From: Phoronis australis
Lineage: Eukaryota > Animalia > Phoronida
DNA: 64,000 bases
Direction of reading: 5' to 3'
Assembly (NCBI GenBank): GCA_002633005.1
Contig: NMRA01000006.1
Coordinates: 2,193,818-2,257,817, forward strand
Shown here: positions 47,608-62,089 of the stretch, in pieces
Layout: each line of letters starts with the position of its first letter
How positions within the stretch are numbered: the stretch's first letter is position 1
Position numbers and translations under genes: made by a program
Notes under the pieces: model-generated
Seen by the model: only the letters and a program-made list of their open reading frames with translations
Database searches by the model: none
Told to the model about the DNA's origin: nothing

Positions 47608-50600
47608 GTAAGCCAGTTTATTCAGGTTTAATTTTTGTGTCGTCAAATCATTTTGATAGTGTTCTTTTACAAAGAATATAGTGCACATTAACTGGAGTTA
47701 AGCCCAGAAAGTGGTAGAAAGAATTATATCTGGGTGTCAAAAATATTAGTAATACATAGATATCAATATAATAAGTGAATGCAAATTTACATATACTGTC
47801 AAGTGGACCCAGCTGTTTATAACGTTTGCTTGCATATAATTTTCCATTCTGGTAGTCCCAGTTTCCTTTTAAGCAAGATACCTTTTCTCTTTTTTGTTTT
47901 TAATGAAGAGGGACACGACGTCCATACGGTCACAATGTACCAATTTCGATGTCGTTGTGGGTAACTTCATCAACTTTACAGCAAAGCAGCGCATGTGAAT
48001 CTAAAAATTGATCACGTGCGGGCTCTTCCGTATCAAATTTGTGTACAACATGTGACACACTGGCACGTGATCTGTTGCACAAGGCAGAGCATGCTGTTAG
48101 ACAACCTTACATATATGACAAAATGGCAAGTAAGCGGGTCTATGGATCTTATTTTCTCTAAAAGGTGATTCAGTTGCAGAGAACCTCGGTTGCAACGTAC
48201 GTCTTTGATTAGTGTCAGGGTCCATTGTTCCTAGGTTTGAGAGTACATATACAAATGCACCAGAAATTTCTGTGATATAATGAAAGTTACCATACCATTA
48301 TGAATATGGATGTATGGATGTAAATATTAATAAGAATGTAAGGCACTAGTGTGCAGTGTTTTGCCAGAAAAGATTATGAAGTCATACATTGCCAAATCTA
48401 ACGAGATAGGCTTATTGGCTCACTTTCTTCTATGTCTCTGCGAGAATTCTAAAACAATTCAAACATCTCTGGAAAACACTCGTTGCTGTTCTTTTCAATA
48501 TACTCTAGAACCCATGACAGTTGCATACGTTTCTCTAATGCTGTTACTGCCGAATGCTCAAAACTATTGCTATCATTCATTCCTTGTTTATTACGCGCAG
48601 TGATGCAGTGTTTCGCAAAAAGGCTACATCACGTATCACTTGACGTGCCTGTGTTTGTGTGGCTAAATTGTGATTTCATGTGTTGCTAAAGCTTACCATT
48701 ACTAAGTGGATAGTCCAATATTTCTAGAATAACAAAAATCCTTTTGAGGAAGACTTCAAAGCTATGTTCCTAGGACTTGTACAACCTGATATTTTTTAAT
48801 TAAGCGGACAGGCAGCTATTGGGCACACCTGGTGTGCACTCCGTAAAGGTGAGAGTTTTGTGGAAACGCAAGAACATGCAAGACTTCACAAGGTATCGCT
48901 GCTATGTGTTACAAGCAAAGCACATGATCACACTAGCTTCGTTAGAGAGTATCTTGCAACTTCAAAACTGTACACTGGCTTGCTTTCGCAGTTGAAGTTC
49001 ATTGTGTCGTAAACTGTTAAATCACTGTTTACATTCATTTTAACTTTACTTGCAGGTTTACTGTCTTCTCTAAGCGCATTTATCAAAAACGAAACTGCCC
49101 TCTGGCATGATTCAAATGCCCAACAGGCCCTAGATAGACTGAGCAATGGTTTGGTTGACATTAAACAAGTTGGTTCTCAGTGGAATAAAGCATTTTCTGA
49201 GGTGAGACTTAGGACTAATCAGAGAAGTGTCTGAAACTGTGTTCAAATTAACTAAAATTACTCTAGTCAGTGTAATTCAGCATCGTTGTATCAGTAGCTG
49301 GGTGATGTGTTGCTCATGCGGGATCCAAGTCAAGTTGAAATTCACCAATGGTGACGCATTTGACAAGATGGTTGACCTCATTCATCCAGGTTAATTACTA
49401 GATGCAGGGAAGAATGTATTACAGTACGTTACATAATTCGTGATTTTTGATTTTTTGTATCGCTATCCATCAGTTTGATGAGTGAAAAAATGCTTCCTAA
49501 TACAAATACAGTCTGTCTCATTGAAGTCAGTGGTACACATGAGCTGTCTGATTGGTACCCCATATGTTGCAAATTATGTGCCTGTCGGCTGCCTGTAAAT
49601 AGATTGGCATGTAAGGAGCATTAATTTCAAAATTTTCTCTTTGTAACCAGATTGCTTTGATATTTTTCTTAGGTTTTTTAAAAATGCATTTTTACGTGGT
49701 CAGAACGTAGTTTGTTAAATACAATATCATTGTGATAGACCATCCTGAGTATATCTAACACACCTAATCAGGACTGTGGAATTTTCGTAGCAGATCACAA
49801 GTCTTTGCTCGGTAGACGACATACAGTTTCACACAAACACACACTAAGCTGGTGGCGTTAAAAGATTCGCCTGAGGAATCGAGACATCTGTCTTCATGTT
49901 TTTGCTTTTTTGATGGGCTAGCTTCTCCAGTTCAGTCCCTGAAGTGCATGAAATTTCATCGCATTCCATTTGCCTTCTCAAGTGGAGCAAACAGCGAACT
50001 TCTAACATGCAGTTTTTTTAAGATTATGAAAGCACAACTTTCCCTGACCAATTTCAAATTCTCATGTGCAAGATGGGTCGCGCTGACATTGACAAAATGC
50101 AAGTTCATTGAATCAATTAATTTCTGCATTAAAGGCCATAAGCTCAGTGTATACAAAAGAACAGCATGTAACATCCGTAAGAGTGCAGTAAGCTATCATG
50201 GAGACGAAAAGCATAAAATAAATATTTATATAGGTTAGCTAATTTAGCATCATCACTTGTTGACATTGAACTAAATGAACTTGAAAAAAGACGGAAAATT
50301 CCAGTAGTACACTTCAATATAATTTTCTCTCTGTTCAGAATATTTACCACAGCTTTGAAGGAAACAGTACTCGTCTTCTACAACATTGGGGCAGAAGGGA
50401 CACATGATGTCCTTGTTTGCTTATGTGCTTCTGAACCATAGTTGACAACATAAAATTTGGTTGACAGTGCTATATCCCTTTTGGAACCCTGCTTGGCATT
50501 CATACAATTTTATTTNAAAACACCTTTGAAAATACGTTAAAATGCGCTAAAACAGTTGTCCCTTCCTGGTTATCTCTTCCTGCTCTCCATAGCCCAATCA

Positions 50601-53600
50601 GTAAGACGAACATTTAAACTTTTCCGATCACTGGCAGAGGGGAAGTTCATTCATTCCTAGACATTTTGCCACGTTAGACTTGTTTTTCATATCTCACCAC
50701 GCAACAATGGTAATTTGAAGACGTAATGATCTCAGTGAATTTATACTTTTAAGTCACAGTTGAATGTTGTTACTTCAATACAACGAAGCACTAAAGTTTA
50801 CTTTGTTACATTGGTGCCCCATTGGAAATCATTGGAAATCAGCTTAATCATTTACATGATGTCAACTTGTGTTCCTGGAAATACAACAGGACTTACTTAT
50901 CTTTGTAGGAGGTTGCAGCCTATGCTAAGCCAGATGTTGATAGTGACGAGTCTGTCTTTTCCAAGGTCTATCACTCGCTGATTCACTCGGCCGCCATGGA
51001 ACAGATGCTCAAGTTAGAGCACGCCTACGCCCTGGATATGGCCAGTTTACTTCAACAGAAAGAACATGACTTGGCTCATCTGGAGAAAAGGTAACTGTGA
51101 CTCAACCTCACAGTGTGCATTGAAACCCGGCTCGTTTCACAACACCTTGTACTTGTACAGTAGATTTGTTCAAGAACTGCAAGCGTGATCAAATCTTGAT
51201 GTCTGAAACTGATCTAAGTTCCTTTTCTATTGAGCAGGGCAACTATCGCTTTAAATTAGTGATGACAGCAATAAAGCTCTGGCTGAATTTATCAATTCCA
51301 ATTTCATGGACTGAATTTTTTAATTGTTTGACTTCTGAAATTGAAGTTGAATTTGAGCTGCTAGCAGTTCTATTTTCAACCGAATGCAGAAATTTGAAAT
51401 TTCAAACTGTGTTTTCCATCTATGGTCTTCTCAACTGATGTGAGTTCAAACTCATTTCTTCAGACTGTTTTGGCTAATTGTTACAGACAGGCAGCGGAAG
51501 TAGATGATGCTTTGAAGAATATTGGCCTTATTTATACCGATGAACAAGTGAATCAGCTGACACAACGGCACATCGAAAACACGCAGGTACTGACTATAAA
51601 TGTTATGTTTGCGTTAATTCAATGTAATTCTTGTTACGGTGACCCACAGGGGTCCGTGTTATGATAGTGACTCAATACTTAAGAAATTTGGTTTAATTTA
51701 CTCTCGCACTTCACAATTTGTGAATAAAAGTTAAGCCACGTAATTATTGTGAGTGTGTCACAATCTAGAAATAATTTGTAGAAATTATATCAGTGACCAG
51801 TAGTGCTTATTCTCAGAGACTTAGCACTTTTACTCAAGTGAGAATTAATTATTTTTCAGAAATCACAGTTTTGTGTAGCACTTTTCTTGAAACAGGTTCC
51901 TGTGCCCAGTTGCACGAAACAGTCCCAAATAGGGGCTCGACTAAGTTCCCTAAATCTACTGCGTATTTGTGTCTTTCTTTGCTCACAGGTGTAATTTTTT
52001 TCTATCGTTTCAGTTTTATTATGAGCTCCTTTGACTTATGAAAGTTTCTTGTGATATAACTCAAAACTGAGTCTCGAGTTCAGTAATATTAAACAGGGAC
52101 TTAGTCCTTAAATTAGGGACATTGCATGAAAAGATACCTGTCTATTTCTGATAATATTGAAAATTCAATGCGGAGTTCACTCTCGATTTGTATCAAAGGC
52201 AAAACGTGATTTAGTAATGAAACTAAAATAGTATATAAGAAAGGACAATCGGCGTTTTCACAAGTCCACAAATACTGAATAGATTTATGGAACTTAGTTG
52301 AGTCCCTCTTTGCTACTGTTTCATACAACCAGGTACTAAGCTAAATTTTGTCAAAATTGGGCTGTCTCTGTCATACAAAATAAATATTATATTGTGCCAT
52401 TCTCAGTTAAAAAGTTTGGTGCCCTTATCCTTGATGTGAATTTAAATTTCAAGACTTTTGAGCATTATGTACTAAAACCAAATGTTCCCAGAGTTTTTGT
52501 TCGACATCTGTTCTTAGACATTGGTTAATTTACTGATACTTTCTCATATTGCATGTTTTATGTGATTTTGACGTTTTTTGAGATACATAATTACTGTATT
52601 AGTTCGACTTAATGCTTTGATCATGTTTAAAATGAGAAACTTAGAAAGAATTGAGAATGGTTGGGCAATTTCACAACCGAACACAAACATTTTAAACGGA
52701 ATTATTTGAAGATTTTAGCTGAGTGTGAGCTTTTAACCCAAATGGACACGGTACATTTCTGAATTTAAACTTCTTGTAGATGATCGAGAGCCAGTGGGAT
52801 AGTCAAGTAACTAGTCTCCAAGAAACCCAGAAGAGGGAGTACAAGAACTGGCTAATGAATGTCAGTGACGATATCAACTCATCCCAACAAGTCCCGACAT
52901 ACATGTACGTAAATTGAAGAGCTGTATGCTAAAAACCAAATAATGGTAAAATTTCTCCAATTTTGGATCAAAATAATTGCCAAAATTACACGCTTTTTCA
53001 TTTTTCAAATGCTTCTAACTTTTTTGTGAATGCATTAAAATCTTTCAAAATTTTGTCTGTTGGTAACTATGGCACATAACTTGGGTATGGCAGGACATCA
53101 TTCTGGTACTGTATAGCATGTATGAAGAAATGAGAAAATAAAATTTCGTTTGTCTGCCATATTGTGTCGTAAATTGGTGAGATGTTACCACGGTTTCATA
53201 TTAGGTAGATAGGATGTTATGTCAGATTGCTCTACTCTCAGTATTTCCAAGATTTGATCGAGTGCATTAATAACTGTATGTATACCTGCTTGTAACTGAT
53301 CACGACTTATTTTTGTATCTAGTCACTGAGATAGAATTGTTCATTTTGTAAGATAAAGAGGCTGACAAGGTATCTTGATACACTTAACTCCAACCGTCAT
53401 GCTTCTCTTAGTTTATAGAATAGGAAACTATCCCAGTGTTGTGTTTGGGTACTTCAACGATTATGCTAAAAATTTTCAGTTTAGGCCACAAAATGCCTGA
53501 AAAGGATTATTTCATATTGTCAAATTTCTCGACAAAAATTAAGAAAATTGTATCTCATTGTCCTCATGTTTTACATCATTACAGCTATCTCCAAGAAACA

Positions 53601-56600
53601 TTCAGTTTTACATTTTGAGCATTTGCAGTAACGCAGTGATTAAGAATTTGAAAGTATGTAAAACAGCCAACTACGTTTATCCCAAATTGAAGATTTGTTA
53701 CTGTCAACCATGGGAGATAACTGCTGTTCACTTGGATGGCTTTGTTTCCTCTTATTATATGGTCTATGTCCACTTGTCATTGCTCACAAAGTTCTGTTGG
53801 AATATTGAAATGGAATCATAGATCGTAGACAATAGATTCGAATCTCTGATATTTACATTTGGAATTTCCAGAGGAGGCGTTACTTTTTGGCTAGTGGTCA
53901 GACGACTAACTTGCCGAAAGTAAAACAGTGATTCACACCAGGTGCTGCTGGTGAATATTGACTTCTTGGCCAATAGTGATAGTCACGACTTGTGCATACG
54001 ATCACAGATTTTGACCATTGAGAATATACAGAGTTGGGGCCCATGTACCATAGTTAATGACGGAGTGTAGTAATTTCAATCGTGGATTATTGTTGTATCC
54101 GTTATTCACTCTCTGCAGGACAGCAATGCCATCTTCCCCTATGATTGACTGCACCCCTGCCCTGCTCTCAAGAATGGAAGAAAGTTTTACTATTCATTTA
54201 GGTAATGACACTGTCTGTGGTTTAATGTAGTTCTTATAAGACTATTACTGCATTTTACCTACAACTTATGCCCGCATTTAAACCCATGATTAGGGAGCAT
54301 GTGTCTGAGCTTCATAGGTGGGTGTTCGTTATCCAGGCACTGGATATATTTGCATTTTTAGTATCCGTCATATACAAATATGGACTAATCTCGAGGGTGA
54401 TATCAGATTACATGGACCAAGGGACAGTAATATTGCTCATATAGCTCTCCCGACGTCCACATGACCTGATACATCCAAGGGATTGGTCTACATTAATTTG
54501 GTTTTATTACTTATGACCGCTGATTTTTCATTTCATGACGCAGTCCCTCATTCACATTATCGTGGAGTGCATCCTTTGGGGGTGTTAAGTTCACTTTGAT
54601 AAGTGATGGTGTTCACAAGTCAAGCTGTACCATTGTGTCGCTGGGGAAAGTTGCAGAATAGAGGTTGGGACACAATAAAGGAACAGCAGTTGCAGTTTGC
54701 GTTATTTCTCTTTTCCTCTATTGTAGTCAACCAATTTTTGCGTTCAAGCAATGAAAAAAATGTTTTCAATGACGGATTTAGTTTTTGTTATTAGCAGTGC
54801 CTAAAATGGGCTTTAAGGAATGTTGTCGTGAATGAGCATTGGTTATCACAAGCATCTATCTCTGTGCCCTAATCTCTAAACAAATGAATCCTGTCACAAA
54901 AGTCCAGATCCTTTGGTAAATGCCTATTGTAATCCCAACAAGTCGCTGGTTGGGAAATGCAATGCAGTCAGTGCCCAATGTCTTATTAAATTAGCTCGAT
55001 TTTAGTATACTTACTTTGTCGTACTGACATGGTCTGTTCCCTTCATGGTCAGGGTTTATGGTTTGCATATCATCTGATTGGTCAGATCGCAAATAGGGAC
55101 TTCTGACATGCTGGTGGCATGAATGAAAAGTGATATTCCAAACTAAGTTGGTAAATACTGCGCTATGTCAGAAGTTGTTGTACCCTGCTTCAGCCAGTAA
55201 AGATGACAGAGGTATCAGTGGTCATGTAATAATACATAATCTTACATGGAAGAATATCAACATCAATTGTTATTACACTATACTCAAGTGTCATTTTCGT
55301 GCTGTTAAACTCACTCTTAAGTGTTTTACTCTCCATGTGCTTATTTATGGAGCTTCACATGCAGGTTCTTGGATCTGCACAGTAGTTTTGTATCATGTTG
55401 TAGTTTAGAAATAGTTTTTCTGTTTGTTCAGAAATAATTATGTCCATGTCAAGGTGAATGGCCAGAGCATTTAAACTGTTCAAGAGGGAAATTATTGAAA
55501 ATTCTAGGAAAGGTGTGTTGCCACAGGTGAGCGTTAACCTGGTATTCTGTTATCAGCTGTGTATCGTTGTTTCTGCAGGTGCTCAGTTGAAAACCACACA
55601 CAATTTAAGGTTGCTGTCTTGTGACATTCTAGACCTATGTCGTCACCAACCAGTTGGGTAAGGTTTTACTTTGTTCCATATTTCTAGTGAGACATTTTTG
55701 CTACAAATTCTGTGTCTATTATAAGCTTGCTGGGTACTGTGCAGATGTAATAACAACATTTGATAGAAGTTTCCGTTATTTCCAGTAAGGTAACTGGCCA
55801 TTGAAAGATCAAAAAATGACAATTTTTGCAATTATTTTCATGTGAAATAAGTGAAGAACTGCCATATATACAAGAGACTTAATTTGAACATGCTTCAAAA
55901 TATTTTAGTTGAAAGGGACATTATCGTTTTGGCTGCCAAATGGTTTCACAGTTTTGGTATTATTGTTGAATAGGGTTGACTTTTGGAAGGGAACAATGGC
56001 CAGAGCTTTAAAACAAAAAAATTGTTGTTTTTGTGCATTTATTGCACATTGCCAATCCTCTCCTTTGGCTGCCAGACATTCACGAATTGTAAATGCCTTT
56101 GACTTATCCATTAAATATGATTAAAATAATCTGCTATTTAACGCACAGGATTCGGCTCAGGTGTACCACTGTTGGCTGTTACTGCTGAATTAGAAGGCTA
56201 GGTTTCACACTTCTGAATCTGTAAAATTACTTTCTATTAAAAATGTGTTTCTGGTGTGAAAACTAATTAGTAAATTTTCTGAAGTTTCTTCACAATTTGG
56301 AACATTTGATTTCCACTTATGTAATGTTTTGAACCATGTTGCATTTTTTCTAGCGGCAAGCCATCTCCACAACGCATTCAAACTGCTATGTCGCTGTACT
56401 CCAACAGTCTCTGTGGAATGATTCTGTTAGTTGATAAACGGTTGAATGCCTACACTGGAATTAAAAGAGGTATTAACAGAGAAAGGATTGACTAGACTTC
56501 TAGATTATTTGTTTCCACAGGAATGTAAATTAATGTACGTGTGAAGTTTTTGGATCCTCTTGTCAATGTCTATTCTCAAACTACTGTTGCATTGGGTTTG

Positions 56601-59600
56601 AATGTGTTGCGTTACGGCAAGGGTCTTAATGTACAATTGTAAGAAGTTTTCAGATGGAATTGTCAGGAGTTATTATTCATACACCGATTGCCTTCTTTCC
56701 TGATGTAAGCAAACTCCCTGATCTATCTTGTGAATCTGTTGGAATCTCTTTTCAAGGTGGAAATGTTCTTTCAGTGTATATCATAATTATTTTGCATGGC
56801 ATGATCAGTAATTTCAGATTTGTGAATAATGTTCTTTTCATGTCTGGACTCTTCTCACAGTTGTATGTTGAGGCCTTATTAGCCAATCACATTCACTGAC
56901 CCTCATCGTTATGCCACACACCCCAAGCCTATGCGTAGAGTAGAGGATCTGAAAATTTTCCAACACGTATGTTAATTTTTGTCTGTGCGGGAAAGAAACT
57001 TGTGTCTTGTTTTGTCTTAACTATCACATTTTTGCTTGACTTTGTTTTTTCTTTGCCATTGTTAGTTTTACGTAATTATTACCTTGGCGTGAGAGTCAGT
57101 GGTGGAAATATTGAGTTCTGAAATTAGTGCTTTAGAACCGTTACTCAAATATACACTGTACACATCACACTATTTGTGTGCAACTGACTTTTCTTATGGT
57201 ACAGTGTATGTGCATGCGAAGTACAAATGGTTATTGGTCAATTTGTCTCCAAAATTGCAAAAATTCCCGTACTTTACTTGGCATAAATAGCGCTGTATTC
57301 AGATCTTTAAGGGCCCCGTCACAGCAAGGGTGTCTTTACTACGATTTCAAATACGGGATAAAAAAACCTGAGTGTGAATTAACTAAGTGTTGTAGAATCT
57401 GTGTATGAACTTGAAGACGGTGTCGCATTTGGGCACGAAGTTTTTTCCTGAAGTTGCCCGTTTCTGCTCTTCCTTATAGGCCAGTAGCCAGAATTGTGTA
57501 CCTAAAAATGTTTGGTAGTATAAGGTTTTTTGTTTGTTTCATGTCTAGGTATCACCCCTGAAGCATTTTAGCTGGGTTGTAACCATAGCAATCTTGAGCA
57601 TTTTTGATTATGTACTAAATTAAGGCTGCCATTATGCAAAATTCTACTTTTCCTTACCAGGAAGGTAGATGATTTCGATGTTTTACCTGTTTCAACGGTC
57701 AATGAATTTAACAGAGCTACTTTGAAGGTGGATGCAATGAGAATTTGCATAGATTATGGAAATTATAGCACTCATAATTGAAAATTCTACTTGTGGTTAC
57801 TGCTGCTGGTATCAGGTATCACAGGCTAATTATATTGATATTTACACCCATGTTTCTTGTGTATAAAGGAAAGCAGTTTGCAGGTTGTTGCGTGATAAAT
57901 TTGCATGATTTATGCAATTAATGGCCACCATAATTTAAAATTCTGAAATTTAAAATTCTGTTTCTGCTCACAATAACCGCCTTACAACTACACCATCAAG
58001 CTTAATAAACTGTAAAGATTTGTTAGAAAATTTCCAAAGCCAACAACTGAAGCATAACCTGACATTCAAATAACATCTCTTTTTTAAGTTTAGCAAATTA
58101 CTGCATTACGATGACTCAGGGCAGTAACATACTGGCTGAAATAAATTAAATTATTGTTGACTTTTCGATCTGCTTAACTTCTGACACTAAATTCCTTGTG
58201 AAAAATTATGTTGGAGTTGTTTTTGATTGAAGAAATACAAGAAATATTAGCCAAAACGATGTCGTCATTTCTGTTTTACTGACAAATGCACATGGTAATT
58301 GTTTTATGACTTGTGAGGGCTAACAAAAGAACATATAAACTGAGTTGTTGTCTGATCTTGGAAACCACTTTCGTCTTAAATTGAAACTGTACTGTGGATA
58401 TTTAATGTAATGATTTGAATGTGCTTGAAACAGAACTGAGAGAAATTTTGACTTTCCTTTCCTAGAATTTGCCCAAGCCTGCCAGCAGTCAACAGATTTT
58501 CACTTTCCAAGCCTTGATCGTCAGTTTGCAAATGTTGAACAGCAGTTACCCAAAGCCAACGAGTTTCGCCACCTGCAGAGGCTCTCTGAAGAAGGAGATA
58601 AGATTAGTGTGCAAAGTGGAGGAAGTGGGTCCAGTGATAATCAGGTACCATGCCATTTTTTCTTGTTCATTTGTTCACATGGTTACTATGACGTCTTCCA
58701 ACTGCATCAAGCAATTAAACTATGCCAACTTAAATTAATGTACATTGAGCAATTCACTTATTTTGCAAAAACAATTGCCAAAACTGTCATTTTTTCAATT
58801 TTTCTATTTTTCAAAGACCAATTATTTTTGCTACGAATGGCGGAAACTTTGCCATAATTTTTTATGGCTAAAATTATCTTCATCTGTATTTCTGTCGAGA
58901 AATTTTAAAATATAGAATTTCGGTTGTTGGCCATATTGTGTGCTAAATTGAGTGAAGAATTACTGTATGTGACCGTGAACAAGAGGACAAGTTGTTGAAA
59001 TAGTGACTGTTATTTCTTGAATTTGTTCAATAAATTGTGGTTGAACACGGTACATAACTTGTCATCAATAACCTAACAACAAAGCGGATTGCAGGGTGAA
59101 TTGTGTACAGCTGATTGATAGTTGACACCAATATTTTGTTAGACTACCTGAGTTTTGTTAGACAGTTGCCTCAAACATCCACTATAAGTAGTGTGGTTGA
59201 AAGTTGTTAAAATTGGTTTTAGATAAATGACCATTCAGTACCATGTCATCGCTTTGGTGTTTTGGAGATTTGGTATTGGTCAGTGGAATGCTTAAATTCT
59301 CTCTTAGAACGAAGTTATTTCTTTCTTAATGGGCACCCAACTCCTGATATTTGAATAATTTAACATGCAAAAACTTCCAAGTTTAAAATTGCAGTGCTAC
59401 CTTGCGATAACTTCACTTGGCAATACTAAAGGTGACGAGATGCTCAAAATAGCTTAGCTTTTATGTTGGCAAACTTCTCGTGGTTTGTGGATTTAACTCA
59501 GTAGGAAATGGTCTTTAGAAGCCTAAATAATTGTTTAGGGACCTATTTTTGATTTTCATCACCGATGTTAGGTGGAGTTTTGGCTGTTTTCAAGCACAGC

Positions 59601-62089
59601 AGATATGCCCAAATCATGACTTACACTTTCGTGCCATATATGTGTATTATGATTAATAATTATTACTATTAATACAACTGATCATTGCGGAAAAAATAAT
59701 TATACGCAGGTTACCATGTCTTCAATTGCTATGTTGGGAGTCTTTTCACTTTTTTGATTAATAAGTCTTATTAACATTATGTCATTGGTATGGTATAACC
59801 AGAAAGAAGACAAGATGACAAAACTTCACTCGGGAGACTTCTACGTCACCAGACACTCCAACTTGTCTGAGGTACACGTGGTGTTCCACCTAGTTACGGA
59901 CGACGGCATAAACAGGACGGATATATCGTCACGGCACCCGGTCATCATGGCGCTAAGGAACATCCTGAAGGTCTGCTTCCGTCATGATGTAACCACCATT
60001 AGTGTTCCACTGTTGCTGACTCACGAGATGACTGAGGTAAGTAAATGATGGAAGAATATTATTGCGCTTTAGATTATCATTACGTGATCATCGAAACTTC
60101 AGTTCTCCGATTGGCTAAAATGCAGCAAGAGAACCTCCACTGTGAGGTTATGTTGACCGGCTAGCTGGGAAATATCACATTTCGTTAATGCTGCCTGGGC
60201 ATCCGATATTGATACTCAGGATGTGAACCAATCATAGGCTGCAGAAACTATAAACTCCTGACCGAGGGTGGAAACAAAATGAACGCTATGACTACACCAA
60301 AAAGGAGATAAGAGCACTACAATCCAAAATGAGACAAAAACGTAGATAAAAGAAGCATCAGTGGTCATATGATAAAACGTGATCTTTTGGCATATCAGGT
60401 GATATGGACCATGTAATATCACCCTTAGATTGATCTATATCTGTATAATTAACTGACAGTCTGTAGTTGAAACACTCATCCTATTATGATTAGATGCATA
60501 TTCTCAAGTATAGTAAGATGTGGTGCATCTACTAAATGTAAACAACTCGTCATTACAAGAGTGTTTGGCTAATGAATGTTGCTTTCTGTATCAGGAAATG
60601 ACCATCCCTTGGTGTATGAAGAGGGCTGAACTGGTGTTCAAATGTGTCAAAGGATTTATGATGGAAATGTCAGCCCTGTGTAACTCCGAGTCCAAGACAA
60701 TACAATTCCATGTGCCAAAAGTAAGTGGCCATCAGGTGGTTTTGTTTAACGTACCTGTTTCCGTAAATTTTGATTTTAAACATATCTGTCTTTTTACCTT
60801 TTTTGTATTCTTGAAAAGTGTACGTGGGAGAGTTGTTGAAAATTGTCTCAAACTGACACCAACATCTCTGGGTTCCACTACATCAGCCTTGGTTACTTGC
60901 TTCTTCACTATATAGCTAACTAGAAGTACTGATACTCTAATCTTCAGTGGTCAGCCCTAACTGATACGCTAATCTTCATTAGTCTTTTATTACGTGAGGG
61001 ACATATTACAGTAATTCTTCTCTTATCTGGCACACTCACCTCATTTTGTGCACTCAAAATTATTTGTAAAAATATTTTGAGTGTCGGTTATTTCCCATGA
61101 GGCTAGTTGGTGAGAATTTCTTATCTCACCTAACCTGCACACAGTTTTTTACTTTTTAAAGTAAAAATTGCAAAATACCATTGGAAGACCCTGTTGTTAC
61201 ACCTCTTTACTCGTGTTATTTAGTGCTGAACATTGCATATTAGTGACTACATCCATCCATGTGGGGACCTCGTGCTGTTTTATACACGAGGTGAAAGGGT
61301 GACATGGATCAGGGTCGTGTGACTAAGAATCGTATTCTTCGTGCTTCAAACCAATGATGGGGAGGTGAAGTTCTCTAAAATTGGAACAGCACTAAGAAAC
61401 TTAATTACTGTTAATTGGAACATGTTGGGACATGGCAACCCATAGGCAGCATTTTGTTAAATTCTCACTCTGGCACTTGGCGATGCTTTGTTACTCAATT
61501 AATTTAATTTGCACACGCGTTAACTAAAATGTCTGTATATTCAGGATATTTGGCACCCGCCGACTGTCAAGAAACTATGTTTAATTTCTTTTGTGCAAAA
61601 TACCGTAAGTGGAGAATTAGGGTGCTAGTATTTTTGTCAAGATAACAACTTGCAACAGCTCATTACACTGAACACTTCACGCACTATCAATATGCACTAT
61701 CAATGTGCACTATCAATATGCCTTATCAATATGCATTATCAATATGCACTATCAATAAAACGCCAGTGCATGGGTCTGATTGTTTGAAATAGTACATCGA
61801 TCAGATTGGGTGATGCCGGATAAAAGACTTCCAGAAATTCGTGATATTAGATTTGAAAATTACCATCGTCTTGAATACTCACTAAACAGTGACAGTGACC
61901 TCACTGTCAGTTACTGTGTAGTAAGAGAACGCTGCATTGTCAATCACTTGCTCATAACTGCCTGGATATGAAATGATGAATGCGCACTTCATTCTCTATT
62001 TTCAGGATTTGTCAGACAGTACGTTTGCACAGTTTTCTAGTATGCTTCCGAGTATATTCCGACTTTCTAATCCCATAATGGGGAAATGA
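47445..62089 (+). CDS. C12orf4: C12orf4/FERRY3 (FERRY endosomal Rab5-effector complex subunit) orthologue, 12 coding exons, ~538 aa
   Basis: Exons 47445-47607, 49056-49201, 50909-51090, 51487-51586, 52780-52904, 54119-54201, 55579-55657, 56354-56469, 58466-58644, 59803-60036, 60595-60720 and 62006-62089 join in phase (1617 nt). Diagnostic motifs: [72 protein letters not shown]. Confidence 0.93.
49056..49201 (+). CDS. C12orf4: C12orf4 coding exon 2
   Basis: ttgcag|[15 protein letters not shown]...[16 protein letters not shown]|gtgaga. Confidence 0.88.
50909..51090 (+). CDS. C12orf4: C12orf4 coding exon 3
   Basis: tttgtag|EVAAYAKP...[24 protein letters not shown]...LEK AG|gtaact. Confidence 0.9.
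51487..51586 (+). CDS. C12orf4: C12orf4 coding exon 4
   Basis: ttacag|[34 protein letters not shown]|gtactg. Confidence 0.9.
52780..52904 (+). CDS. C12orf4: C12orf4 coding exon 5
   Basis: cttgtag|[28 protein letters not shown]...TY AT|gtacgt. Confidence 0.85.
54119..54201 (+). CDS. C12orf4: C12orf4 coding exon 6
   Basis: ctctgcag|G TAMPSS...[11 protein letters not shown]|gtaatg. Confidence 0.9.
55579..55657 (+). CDS. C12orf4: C12orf4 coding exon 7
   Basis: ttctgcag|[29 protein letters not shown]|gtaagg. Confidence 0.92.
56354..56469 (+). CDS. C12orf4: C12orf4 coding exon 8
   Basis: ttttctag|[40 protein letters not shown]|gtatta. Confidence 0.92.
58466..58644 (+). CDS. C12orf4: C12orf4 coding exon 9
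   Basis: tttcctag|[22 protein letters not shown]...GSSDNQ|gtacca. Confidence 0.9.
59803..60036 (+). CDS. C12orf4: C12orf4 coding exon 10
   Basis: aaccag|[31 protein letters not shown]...[12 protein letters not shown]|gtaagt. Confidence 0.92.
60595..60720 (+). CDS. C12orf4: C12orf4 coding exon 11
   Basis: gtatcag|[42 protein letters not shown]|gtaagt. Confidence 0.95.
61681..61758. repeat. 13-bp minisatellite, 6 copies
   Basis: (gcactatcaatat)x6 with minor variants. Confidence 0.9.
62006..62089 (+). CDS. C12orf4: C12orf4 last coding exon
   Basis: attttcag|[27 protein letters not shown]; matches the family C-terminal F-x-Q-x-S-x-M-L-P-x-I-F-R. Confidence 0.92.
   Translation, partial: DLSDSTFAQFSSMLPSIFRLSNPIMGK

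Noticed and set aside
48010-48072. Pair of CACGTG E-boxes in C12orf4 intron (possible CLEAR or clock elements)
   Set aside because: The hexamer occurs many times across the window and the flanks do not match the full GTCACGTGAC; not distinguishable from background.
61681-61758. Regular short repeats as a possible CRISPR-like array
   Set aside because: Contiguous 13-bp units without unique spacers in a eukaryotic intron; an ordinary minisatellite.
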